DNA of 64,000 nt from Octopus sinensis (taxonomy: Eukaryota). Below are positions 25,469 to 37,177 of this stretch, in pieces; the stretch's first letter is position 1; each line of letters starts with the position of its first letter. The DNA is taken from NCBI RefSeq assembly GCF_006345805.1, contig NC_043007.1, forward strand, positions 11,222,001 through 11,286,000. Direction: 5' to 3'. Below the pieces are notes generated by a model, which ran no database searches, had not been told where the DNA came from, and worked only from the letters and a program-made list of their open reading frames with translations. The translations under genes and the position numbers were made by a program.

Positions 25469-26083
25469 ACGGTACTCTATAACCCAATTTTTAGCATTGT
25501 TTTCAGCTTCATCATAATTTCTCTTCATTTTCCTTCCCCATCCCAACCAGCCGTTAGTGCAGCTTCTCTTTTGTATATATTGGTTTCTCAGAAAATGCAA
25601 AATTATATCTTGCATTGTATACATTCTGGAGCAATTTCAACATGTCGTTCATTAAAATCTTTGCTATACACTTTTCTAATCCTACAGAGTATATTCTATA
25701 AAAGTTTATCATTCCATAGACCCCTTCCTCTCTATACTCATGGTTACCTACCACATTTTCCTATAAAATTTTGGGTTGTGTATTCAAAATACAGTCATCA
25801 CTTTACATGCTTTTCTGCTCAGATATACTATTTAGCATCTTGTAAATATTATCACAATAGATTATAGGTTGAACTGCCAAGCAACTGATTAGAATGAAAT
25901 CACTCAGAAACAGACACCATCTGCTGCTCCATAAACATGGTGTGTCATATCTTTGCCTGCTCTGCTCCTTGGAGTTGGCACATCTCGTACTATGTAGGCT
26001 GGCCTGGTTCACTTGTATTTTTTCTTCTCTTCACCTATAATGTGTCCAGACATAAACAAGTACATAAACAGACATTAACAATA

Positions 26084-26195
26084 TAGGCGTAGGAGTGGCT
26101 GTGTGGTAAGTAGCTTGCTTACGAACCACATGGTTCAGTTCCACTGCGTGGCACCTTGGGCAAGTGCCTTCTACTATGATCTCGAGCCCACCAAA
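26084..26195 (+). mobile_element. SINE family A 5' fragment
   Basis: Head and CCTTGGGCAAGTG. Confidence 0.85.
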
Positions 26196-26439
26196 GGTCG
26201 ATGGAAACTGATAGAAATTATGCAAAATTTTAGCTCGATCGAACAACTGCAAAGCGACCCTTATCGACCACCAAATTTTGAAGTTTTCACCTGCAAAGTC
26301 ATTTTCCAGATAAATATTTTTTATCTCTTATATAATTTTCTCCTAAATTAAAAACTGGAAACTCAAGGAGCCGGATTAGGCAATTAGTAATGACCGCATC
26401 GACCGGATCCATTATTAACAACAAATGGAAGCGTGCCAT

Positions 26440-26700
26440 CAAGTTTGAGTCTGTTAGGTTTAGAAAACAGCTATACATTTTTTTCTTTTAACAACAATTT
26501 GTTGAAGATTGATTTAATCTTTTGAGCGAACATCAGCTCTGCAGGCAACTTGCCTGAACTGGTATTCAGACTGGGCGTTATTCTGTACACCCTCAAGAAT
26601 TCAATTAGCGCTTCATCATTTCCTAACTCATTCCTTGCTTTTTTTTAGCCCTTGCTTCAAAGTGTCTACGAATTGTTCTGCTTGCTCATTTGACCTCAAG
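26440..26700 (-). pseudogene. Ty3/Gypsy integrase C-terminal remnant
   Basis: Minus strand SNEQAEQFVDTLK...FLRVYRITP...GKLPAELMF resembles SNGQAERFV..YRxTP..SPAELMF. Confidence 0.75.
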
Positions 26701-27454
26701 TGGTAAGGATTTTTTTTTGTTTTTTGTATTTGTCATAAGATGATGAAAAACACCAAAAACAAAAAAAAAAAATTTTATTTGTGTGGGGTGTTCCAAAAGC
26801 CTGCCTGTATTTCTTTAAAAAAAATTTCATTGTATCTTTCAATTGATTCTTTTGTCTTTAAAGAAATCTTAGAACATTATCAAATAAGTATCTCTATGTT
26901 AATAATGGCTTATCATGCGATGGAACATCATTAAAGTTCTAGAAAAGCTGATTGTTTATCCAAGTTATTCACTGAGATTTTTCCAGATTCACATCCAGAA
27001 AAAGAATTTTTTTCCCAGGACAAGAACTAAAACTTATTTCACTTATAAACATTATTTTATCTTCTGCAATCAATAGATTTTTTTTAAAGATTTGTTGCTC
27101 CCACTCTATCACCTTATATAGCTAAACCTCGCTAAGATAAATATTTCAATTACCTGAAGATTGACTGTAACCATAACTCGAATTATTACGAATTGGACAG
27201 CCATGAAACGATCGTAGTGTTTTACTCATTATCTTTTATTAAATTTTTAATACTTTTGATATATATTTAAAATAATATAAATTAATTAATTTTATGTATT
27301 GGCTTAAGTTTTTCATTGTTTGATTTGCCTAATAGTGGTTTTATCTCTAATTTAATATAATATATATATATATGTATGTATGTATGTATGCATATATATA
27401 TATATGTGTGTGTGACTAACAACAGATTGTAGTCACAGACTTTAAATACTGATT

Positions 27455-27650
27455 ATTTACATTATTTACATTCGATGGATATTTGTCCTCATCTTGTTTG
27501 TTCTTAACACAACGTTTCGGCTGATATACCCTCCAGCCTTCTTCAGGTATCTTGGGGAAATTTCGAACCTAAGGTATTTTTCGATGTTATTATTATCATT
27601 ATTATTGTTCAGGTCACTGTTTGGAATTGAAGTTGGAATCTTGGGGTTTT
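27455..27650 (-). mobile_element. Short dispersed repeat carrying a hammerhead motif, copy 2
   Basis: Shares GAAAAATACCTTAGG..GGTTCGAAATTTCCCCAAGA..(TGTAAATAA)n with copy 1. Confidence 0.8.
27506..27551 (-). ncRNA. Minimal type I hammerhead ribozyme motif (intact core)
   Basis: Minus strand GATAC-CTGAAGA-A-GGCTG-gagggtatat-CAGCC-GAAA-CGT-T-GTGTT: conserved CUGANGA and GAAA, 5-bp stem II, palindromic ACGU stem III, stem I GAUAC/GUGUU. Confidence 0.75.
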
Positions 27651-27714
27651 TCTTTCCTCTCTCTCTCTCTCTCTTCTGCATCTGAGGTAGCCATGTCTTT
27701 CTTCTAATGCAAGA

Positions 27715-27975
27715 CACCTTTTCTGTCCCTCAATACCACTCCCCACTTCATTGTGAGGGTCTTGTCCTGCAAGTTGCTTGGTGACCTCACCGTTGCTGGT
27801 GCCATGTTAAAAAGCACCCTGTGCACTGTGTACAGTGGTTGGCATTAAGAGGGGTTTCCAACTGTGGAAACTCTACCAAGACAGACAGCAGAGCTTGGTA
27901 TAGTCTTCTGACTTGCCTGCTCAACCCATTCCAGCATGGAACATACACTAAACAACAACAACAACGACGATGACT
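27715..27975 (+). mobile_element. Degenerate RTE 3'-UTR fragment
   Basis: AAAAAGCACC..GTGGTTGGCATTAAGAGGGG..CAGCATGGAA. Confidence 0.65.
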
Positions 27976-28717
27976 TTAGATCTGCATATCCTCTTCATCC
28001 AAAAACACCTCTCCACATGTCTCTAACTCCCATCACATGCACTGTGTCTCAGTTCTAATACTTCCTGATATATCTTGCCCGTTTGTTTTTCTTCATGCAG
28101 TAAACACTTCGGTTTAACTTATATCATATCTTTCATATCACAGGCAAAGTTCTTTTAAACATCCTTCATCCTACTTAGCCTTTGCACTTGGTAAATTTGC
28201 TTTATCAATGCTGTTTATGTTGTCCAGGTCTTGTTTTTCTTTTACTTTTATAGTCAAATAGATGTAAAAATAATCAAATTCATTGTCTTAATTCTGTAGC
28301 TTTGGTCGTCATCATCACTGTCTCCTCCTCCTCCTCCTCATCATCATCATCCATCCATCCATCCATCTATCCATCCTCATCATCCACCACCACCACAACC
28401 TTCTTCTTCTTCTTCTTCTTCCTCCTCCTCCTGTTCCTCCTCTTTCTCTTCCACTTCCTGTTGATATTATTCGTCATCATTATAAATTCCTGCTAGAAAA
28501 TTTTTTAAAGTATATGTGTATGTATGTGTATGTCTTAATAACTGATGAAAAATGCCCAGAAGCTTTCAGCTCCAGTATTCAAGACTGAGTATTATTATAA
28601 CAACTTACTAATATTATATATTTATAGATAAATTCCTCAATTTACATAATATCGAGGCCTCATTCATTCTTTTGTTGTCATACTATTATTATTATTATTA
28701 TTATTATTATTGTTATT

Positions 28718-28748
<31 letters not shown>

Positions 28749-28775
28749 TATTATTATTTATATATATATATATAT

Positions 28776-29180
28776 GCTCTTTTACTCTTTTACGTGTTTC
28801 AGTCATTTGACTGCGGCCATGCTGGAGCACCGCCTTTAATCAAGCAACTCGACCCCGGGACTTATTCTTTTGTAAGCCCAGTACTTATTTTATCGGTCTC
28901 TTTTGCCGAACCGCTAAGTAACGGGGACATAAACACACCAGCATCGGTTGTCAAGCAATGCTAGGGGGACAAATACAGACACACAAACACACACACACAC
29001 ATATATATATACATATATACGACGGGCTTCTTTCAGTTTCTGTCTACCAAATCCACTCACAAGGCTTTGGTCGGCCCGAGGCTATAGTAGAAGACACTTG
29101 CCCAAGATACCACGCAGTGGGACTGAACCCGGAACCATGTGGCTGGTAAACAAGCTACTTACCACACAGCCACTCCTATA
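28776..29180 (-). mobile_element. SINE family A, full length
   Basis: Matches other copies. Confidence 0.92.
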
Positions 29181-29194
29181 TATATATATATATA

Positions 29195-29580
29195 TAAAAA
29201 TTCAGCCCTCCACCACAAAACTTCATGAAACACCACAAACACAGCAAAAACAAAATCAACAACTAAGACCTGCAATGACCCTTACTGTTCAGATCATGTG
29301 CCCCCTTCATAAACTAGCATCTGTAAATTAATCACCCCATATACAATCTACAAATCAACACACATTTCTTTATGTATATATATAAATGTTTTAAAATTCA
29401 GCCCTCCTCCAGGAAACCTCATGAAACACCATAAACACAGCCAATACAAAATCAACAAATTAGCCCTACAGTGACCCTTACTATTTAGTTCATGTGCCCC
29501 CTTCATAAACTAGTATCTGTAAATTAATCACCCCATCTACAATCAACAAACCAACACACATTTCCTTATATATATATATA
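29195..29580. repeat. Diverged tandem duplication, ~195-bp unit x2
   Basis: AAAATTCAGCCCTCC..CATGTGCCCCCTTCATAAACTAG..AACACACATTT twice. Confidence 0.9.
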
Positions 29581-29717
29581 TATATATCGAATGATCTGTC
29601 CTTGTTTTTCTTGTATCATTTGTCTGGATATTTTTGTTTTCCTTTTTTTGTTTCACCTAACTGTCTGGATGTTTTGCGTTCTTGTCCCATTTTTGTATTT
29701 TTTTATATATATATAAT

Positions 29718-29975
29718 ATGCGAAGGAGTGGCTGCATGGTAAGTAGCTTGCTTATGAACCACATGGTTCCAGGTTCAGTCCCACTGTGTGGCACCTTGGG
29801 CAAGTTTCTTCTACTATAGCCTTGGGCTCACCAAAGCCTTGTGAGTGGATTTGGTAGACGGAAACTGAAAGAAGTTCGTCGTATATATGTATATATATAT
29901 GTATGTATGTGTGTGTGTTTATGTGTTTGTGTTTGTCCCCACAACATCACTTGACAACTGATGCTGGTGTGTCTT
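29718..29975 (+). mobile_element. SINE family A, 3'-truncated
   Basis: Head, body and microsatellite present. Confidence 0.88.
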
Positions 29976-30066
29976 GCTGAAGGACACAGCATATCACCAG
30001 TAGTTGAACTCATGATCTTACAAGTGTGGTGCTGAATACCCCTAACCACTAAGCTATGTGCCTTCA
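29975..30066 (-). mobile_element. tRNA-derived SINE head (family E-like)
   Basis: Minus: TAGCTTAGTGGTTAG..GAGTTCAACT..GTCCTTCAGCAAGAC. Confidence 0.65.
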
Positions 30067-30264
30067 CACTGGAAACAAATACAGAGCAAATAATAAGAAA
30101 ATATCAAATTAGGGTGGATATTGAAAAAAGACTGTTAACACTCATTAATCCAAAGATAAATGAGAATAGTTTATGATTCTAACATATAGGGTCTTGCAGA
30201 TAAATTAAGACAATTTTTATGATACAAAAAACTGGTTATAAATACTAAAATAATGGTAGTAGAC

Positions 30265-30858
30265 CGAGCTGGCAGAAACGTTAGCATGCCGGGTGAAATG
30301 CTAAGCGGTATTTTGTCTGCCACTACGTTCTGAGTTCAAATTCCACCGAGGTCGACTTTGCCTTTCATCCTTTCGGGGTCGATTAAATAAGTACCAGTTA
30401 CACACTGGGGTCAATATAATCGACTTAATCTGTTTGTCTGTCCTTGTTTGTCCTCTCTGTGTTTAGCCCCTTGTGGGTAGTAAAGAAATAGGTATTTCGT
30501 CTGTCTTTATGTTCTGAGTTCAAATTCCACCGAGGTCGACTTTGCCTTTCATCCTTTCGGGGTTGATTAAATAAGTACCAGTTACACACTGGGGTCAATA
30601 TAATTGACTTAATCTGTTTGTCTGTCCTTGTTTGTCCTCTCTGTGTTTAGCCCCTTGTGGGTAGTAAAGAAATAGGTATTTCGTCTGTCTTTATGTTCTG
30701 AGTTCAAATTCCACCGAGGTCGACTTTGCCTTTCATCCTTTCGGGGTCGATTAAATAAGTACCAGTTACACACTGGGGTCAATATAATCGACTTAATCCG
30801 TTTGTCTGTCCTTGTTTGTCCTCTCTCTGTTTAGCCCCTTGTGGGTAGTAAAGAAATA
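30265..30858 (+). mobile_element. SINE family B trimer (one head + 3 x 184-bp body/tail)
   Basis: Units restart at GGTATTT at 30307, 30491, 30675; imperfect TSD GGTAGYAGAC at 30255-30264 and 30859-30868. Confidence 0.92.
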
Positions 30859-30879
30859 GGTAGCAGACAGATATAATTT

Positions 30880-32600
30880 TAATGTAACATTTTTTTTACA
30901 ACAAAAACATTTATTACTCAATATGATCACCCTTTTGGGAAATTACTGCCTCTGCAAGAAAATGAAATTTTTTTGCAGCCACTGCAACCTCTGCCACTTT
31001 GATTTTGCATGTTGCACACACAATTCAGGTCTTCAAACTATTGACAGTCAAGTGTGGTGAAGTCCTTGTTTGAAGTACGCCCCATAAAAAGTAATCAAAA
31101 GGTTGAGATCTGTGCTTTTACTGGGCCACATGTTGGCCCTCACAAAATATAGTACCTTCTCACCTAGGAATTCCTGTGTTGCTTTTGACTCATGGCATGG
31201 TACAGAATCCTGGATAAGCACCACACTGTCAAGCCCAAACTTCTGCTCTATCCAAGGTAACAGGGAGTTCTTCAGGATGTCCAGATACTTCAAACCAGAC
31301 TCAATCAAGCGTGGCTCTATGACACTCGCATCACTTGCCACAGCCCCAAATACCATCACAGAAGCAGGATTCTTAGTCTCAAACACAGTGGGGACATCAG
31401 AAGGGTTGTATGCAATCACTCAAGAATTTCTAGGATTCACCTAAGTGTCCACAGTGAACTTCTTCCGTCCTCAAATAAATGAGTTTTTCCAGCACCTTGA
31501 TGCTTGATGAATGACAGAAGCTTTGGGCATCTCTCAGCTCTGATTGCTTAGGCCTTGGCTGTTAGGAGGTGACAGCATTATCGAATATGGCTAGTCATGC
31601 CAAGGTTCCTGTTCACAGATCTGGACACCGTGGAAAGGGACACATTACATTTCTTTGCAAGAGTGCCATGGATGTAGATCAGTTGGCTTTGTAGTGGTTA
31701 AATGTGTATCATGGAACACAGATGCAAATGGAATGTGTAGGTCTTAAAAGTAAAAAAAAAATGCGTGAACCGATCCATAATTAAAAATAATTTATTTACT
31801 GGACTTGATTCGTTATAAGTACACTTAATTCTTCACTACATACAAAATGTTGGCAACTGCTACGAGTTGCTAGAAATATAAACTGAGTACATTTGTGGAA
31901 GTCATCAGGAATGAATATGTTTGTGTGTGTGTGCGTGCGTGTGTGCGTAGTTCATTTGAGACAGTAGTCTATCGTGGCCCTTTGAAACATTTCTCTCGGT
32001 CTCTGCGGTCTGCCAAAACCTTCGGTCGTATCGCAGACCTTTCTCATTTGTCTGCTTGCCTTTCTTGTTTCACCACCGTATTTATAATAAATCGTGGAAG
32101 CTAGAAAGACAGACATATTGCAGCAGAGTTTGTACCTAAATGGGTCAGCCCCTGTCCACTTGAACTTTGCCTGACATGGCTGAGGTCGCAGGTAAAAGGG
32201 AGATGATCAAACAATTTTTGACAGGACAAAGAAAACCTTTTTTTGTGCCTGTTGATCGTCGTGGTTTGGACGACCGAGAATTCTTGGATTCGGTTTCGAA
32301 TCTAGGCTTGGAGAAGGAAGTGTTAATTTTTACAGCTTCAGTCGAGCATTTGAGACGAGCGAGAAGCTTTGGATTGTGGTTGAAATCACTTTCAGCCTTG
32401 TATTCTTTCCCATTAATCTTTCCTTCTTCTTTAGATTGTCTATACACACAATAAACTGTTGCTTTTGGAGGTATCGTCAACTTAGCAATTTTACTGGTGT
32501 GCACCAAAGCAACAATGGCAGAACGATTCTGGTGTTCCAGGACTTTCTGTTGTTGAATCAGTTCATTATTTATCTGAAAAATAAAGGGGAAGCTTAGATT
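30880..32600 (-). pseudogene. Tc1/mariner superfamily, maT/DD37D-like transposase remnant
   Basis: HTH-like RSAIVAL..IPPKATVY (32400-32560); STVSRSV..LG..HLLT; KFTVD; PASVMVFGAV; IQDSVPCH; WPSKSTDLN; interrupted at ~31720-32335. Confidence 0.8.
31895..32335. repeat. Unclassified dispersed repeat, related copy at ~53980-54870
   Basis: GCTAGAARGACAGACATA..CCTGTCCAYTTGAACTT..CCTGACATGGCTGAGGTCG..GTTTCGAATCTA shared. Confidence 0.75.
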
Positions 32601-33180
32601 TTCAAGCAAGTAAGATTTTGTCAAAAAAAATGAAATATTAAACCCACTAAAATTGTAATCTGAATATGGGTTACCACTCCCATGAAACGTCAGCATATAA
32701 ATCTTAAAATTTAAAACAACATCAGAGATTTCTAGGGCATGGAAATGAGTCAAATATGAGTTTGGTATCCTTCAAAAAGACATTTGATATCTTAGAGAGT
32801 GAGACAATGTACAGTGTGCAGTGTAAGTTTTGGCAAAATTGTTGTTGTTCTTGTTAAGCAACAAGATGGTTAAGGGTGATTAGGTGATGGTCTAGGGCTT
32901 AGAAGCGGGAGACCCCAGACCTTGGAAAAAAAAAACAAACTTTGGTCGTCTTGTTGTAGTCGAGGGCTCTTCGTTGATGCCTGACACCAGTGGGAGGTGG
33001 CCCTCAAAGTCGCTGGAAATGGAGATTTCCAGGTCCAAATTCTTGAATGGCTGGCAAAATTGTGATCTTATGGGTAAAAGCGATAGTATTGCATTATTAT
33101 GTCTATTATGGTGAGATTAAAAGGAGGTGAGCTGGGAGAATCAATGGCAATTCAGACATAGTGGCATTTCGTCTGGCTTT

Positions 33181-33880
33181 ACAATCATCATCATCATCAT
33201 CATCATCATCGTCGTCGCCATCATCATCATCATCGTCGCCATCATCATCATCATCATCATCGTCATCATCATCATAATTATCATCGTCATCATCATCACA
33301 GACATCAATACCACCATCATAATCAATATCATCATCATCAATACCACTATCATCATCCTCACCACCATCATTATCATCACCATCGTCATCATCATCATCA
33401 TCACCACAAACATCAATATCACCATCATCATCATCATCACCACAAACATCAATATCACCATCATCATCATCATCATCACAAACATCGTCATCATCATCAT
33501 CTAATGTCCACTTTCCATGCTGGTGTGGGTTGTATAGTCTGACTGAGGACTGGCAAGCTGAGTTCCCTGATACCACCACACTTCCAGTCCTTCCATGCTT
33601 GTTTCCTTTCTCTAATGGCCCTGACAACTACATTGTTCCACCACCAGGTCAAGAGGGTACATTGCACCACCCACAGATCTAGTCAGTGGCCCTCAACAGG
33701 TTGTTCCGAAGGAACCTCCAGTTGTCCTCTACATTATGTAAAGCTATATCCTCCTCTTTTTTGTCAAAAGTTTCATCTCTAAATCTCTGTCTATTCAGGG
33801 GATCCTTAAGCTTCCAGACCCTTCTTCTTCTCCATGCTGGTTGTCTTCTGGGTAGCCATTTAGATCTGATCCCAAAGTTG
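33181..33880 (-). mobile_element. Internally deleted RTE fragment with expanded, degenerate (GAT)n tail
   Basis: WKLKDP..NWRFLRNNLLRATD homologous to 7700-7850; joined to the 3' tail at 33500-33560; (ATC)n 33181-33500. Confidence 0.8.
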
Positions 33881-33899
33881 CTAACTACTAACCAATGTT

Positions 33900-34225
33900 G
33901 TGGGGTGCAGAATAAGGATTGTTTTAGGATTTTGAACGAAACACCCATGTTTCCAGAGGTGAATTATTCAAACCACAAAGAATCCCTCTCAACACATGGC
34001 TATGATGCTCTCCCACTACTTCTGCTCGTGATGAAAGATGCACATATCATCAGCCACCAAAGGACATGCTCAATTGGTGAAAGTCAAACAACTGACAAGC
34101 AAATCTGGTACTGAGCAGAATATTTGCTGTAGCCCATCTTTTATACCAAGACAAAACCATGTACATGATAACACTTCCAATCAGTTAAGATCAGAAGCCA
34201 CGAGAGCCACTGCCTGGTACTGCTA
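33900..34225. repeat. Partial copy of the (ATT)n-associated repeat (full copy 49526-50078)
   Basis: ACCCATGTTTCCAGAGGTGAA..GAGCCACTGCCTGGTACTGC shared. Confidence 0.9.
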
Positions 34226-34387
34226 TTATTATTAAGGCAGCAAGGAAAATGTGTTCCTGAAAATGCACTTAAATTTCAAAAACTCGTAAATGTTTCAAAT
34301 ACATTTATTTACATATATACCAAACTAGTTTCAACTATATTTTTGTTTATCAATGGTAAAAGGGTAAAATTATAAAACATCGTTATA

Positions 34388-34485
34388 AGTTTCAATGTTG
34401 ACAAATCAAAATGTTTCAATGTTGACAAACTGAAATGTTTCAATGTTGTTAAATTAAAATGTTTCAATGTTGATAAGTTATCATG
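34388..34485. repeat. 24-bp minisatellite x4 (GTTTCAATGTTG-N9-AAT)
   Basis: Direct reading. Confidence 0.85.
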
Positions 34486-34951
34486 TTCAAAACAGGTGTA
34501 AGTTTGAAATTAAAACTGTATATTAATTTGTTAGAATGTACAAGGTTCATTTATTTCAGTGGTGGTCGACAAGTCATGCTGCAAAAAAAAAAGTGTGGAA
34601 ATTGAAATAGTAAAAAAGGGGGTGGGGGGAAATTATGGTTTCTCAGATCTTTAAACAGTTGCTCCCACTTGCAATGGTATGTTTTTGGGAAAGATGTATT
34701 TATAAATTTTTTTCTGCGAGCAGATCTGATTTTGAATCGTTAAAAAATTGACAACGTTTTTCTTCCATGGTCAAGCTTGTCATTCTACTGGGTTGGTTTC
34801 TTTGCAGGATACGGTTATAGGTCGTTCCGGTTGGTTGGTTTTCTTAAAGGGTCTTTTCGTTGTATTCGTTGAAGTTCGGTTTCGATTGGTTTGGAATTAT
34901 GTGCTGTCAGCAACTGGTGTTTGTGGAATTTCATTGGACTGGAGGTGGATG

Positions 34952-34994
34952 ACGTCAGCATCTTGTGTCTCAGACAGACACAAGATGCTGACGT
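34952..34994. other. Perfect 19-bp inverted repeat, 5-nt loop
   Basis: ACGTCAGCATCTTGTGTCT-cagac-AGACACAAGATGCTGACGT. Confidence 0.9.
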
Positions 34995-35068
34995 GATAAT
35001 TGCATTTTCAGCAACACATTTTCCTATATATTTCTTTTCCTGTGTGGAAACACCACTCCTTCTTTTGC

Positions 35069-35102
<34 letters not shown>

Positions 35103-35110
35103 ATATACAA

Positions 35111-35177
<67 letters not shown>

Positions 35178-35185
35178 ATATATAT

Positions 35186-35224
<39 letters not shown>

Positions 35225-35227
35225 CAA

Positions 35228-35274
<47 letters not shown>

Positions 35275-35332
35275 CAAATATATACACACACACACATATA
35301 TACATATATATATATATACATATATATATATG

Positions 35333-35832
35333 ATCAAAATAAGCAACAAGAATATCTTCGGTAATTTAATACGATTGTTTCACGCTACATCATTTTATTA
35401 AACATTGCAAGCATTACAACAGTTTTAAAATGTTGAGCAATCATCAGCCATTTATAGAGGTTTCCCTTCAATACATATACTTATTTTCATGTTAATTGAT
35501 AACATTATAAAGAGGGTAGATATATAGACAAAGATGTTGATTTGAAGGTTAAGAACATTAAGAATAAAGAATATTCTTCTGTCAGAAGATAAATTTTAAT
35601 ACCTTAATGTTCTTAACCTTCAAATCAACATCTCTGTCTATATATCTACCCCCTTTATAATGTTATCAATTAACATGAAAATAAGTATATGTATTGATGG
35701 GAAACCTCTATAAATGGCTGATGATTGCTCAACATTTTAAAACTGTTGCAATGCTAGCAATGTTTAATAAAATGATGTAGCGTGAAACGATCGTACCAAA
35801 TTACCGAAGATATTCTTGTTGCTTATTTTGAT
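35333..35832. repeat. Long palindrome/fold-back element, 230-bp arms, 40-bp spacer
   Basis: Arms 35333-35562 and 35603-35832, 8 mismatches by manual count; TA/CA tract on the left. Confidence 0.95.
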
Positions 35833-35930
35833 TATAATCACCCCATGGATTTATATGGATAACACCATACAAAATTCTGGTGCATCTAGCTTAAGTACCA
35901 AATTCACTTGAATCTAAATTTTGCTGAACT

Positions 35931-35975
<45 letters not shown>

Positions 35976-35977
<2 letters not shown>

Positions 35978-36383
35978 TCTCTTTTTACACCTTTACTTGT
36001 TTCAGTCATTTGACTGCGGCCATGCTGGAGCACCGCCTTTAATCGAGCAACTCGACCCTGGGACTTATTCTTTTGTAAGCCCAGTACTTATTCTATCAGT
36101 CTCTTTCGCTGAACTTCTAAGTTACGGGGACATAAACACACCAGCATCGGTTGTCAAGCAATGCTAGGGGGACAAACACAGACACACACGCATATATATA
36201 TATATATATACATATATACGACGGGCTTCTTTCAGTTTCCGTTTACCAAATCCACTCACAAGGCATTGGTCGGCCCGGGGCTATAGCAGAAGACACTTGC
36301 CCAAGATGCCACGCAGTGGGACTGAACGTGGAACCATGTGGTTGGTTAGCAAGCTACTTACCACACAGCCACTCCTGCACCTA
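35976..36383 (-). mobile_element. SINE family A, full length
   Basis: Matches other copies. Confidence 0.92.
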
Positions 36384-36570
36384 TATATATATATATATAC
36401 AGACAATGAAGTATTTGGATTTCTGTCCTTGCCTCTTTCATATATGTAAATATATATATTATTTTGCATTATTTACATTTGACGGATATTTGATGAAACC
36501 ATAGATTTATCATAAACAAACTTTGTTATGGGATTACTGTATTTCAACTTCATCTCCTTTCAGATAAGCT

Positions 36571-36975
36571 CTCTTACTCTCTCGTTTTACTCTCTTTTAC
36601 TTGTTTCAGTCATTTGACTGCGACCATGCTGGAGCACCACCTTTAGTCGAGCAAATCGACCCTGGGACTTATTCTTTGTAAGCCCAGTACTTATTCTATC
36701 GGTCTCTTTTGCCGAACTACTAAGTGACGGGGACGTAAACACACCAGCATCGGTTGTCAAGCAATGCTAGGGGGACAAACACACACACATACACATATAT
36801 ATATACATATATACGACAGACTTCTTTCAGTTTCTGTCTACCAAATCCACTCACAAGGCATTGGTCGGCCCGGGGCTATAGCAGAAGACACTTGTCCAAG
36901 ATGCCATGCAGTGGGAGTGAGCCCGGAACCATGTGGTTGGTTAGCAAGCTACTTACCCTACAGCCACTCCTGTGC
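36571..36975 (-). mobile_element. SINE family A, full length
   Basis: Matches other copies. Confidence 0.92.
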
Positions 36976-37177
36976 AGTTTGTTTACATATTTTGGTCAAG
37001 AGAATTACCATGCAGAACATAAAACTCGAAGTTTGTGGTTGCTATGTTTTGTGTAAACGGCTTCCCTTCCCTTCAAAATTGCTTGTGCCTATAATAGAAA
37101 AGATTGTTGTACCTAATGGACTCATGGTCATCCAGATCCCTTGTCAATAGGGCTGGGCTTCCCATCAGTAATAATGG

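Noticed and set aside
34388-34485. CRISPR-like look (constant 12-13 nt + variable 11 nt)
   Set aside because: 24-bp period, 'spacers' are short and mutually similar, no cas genes, eukaryotic context; a minisatellite
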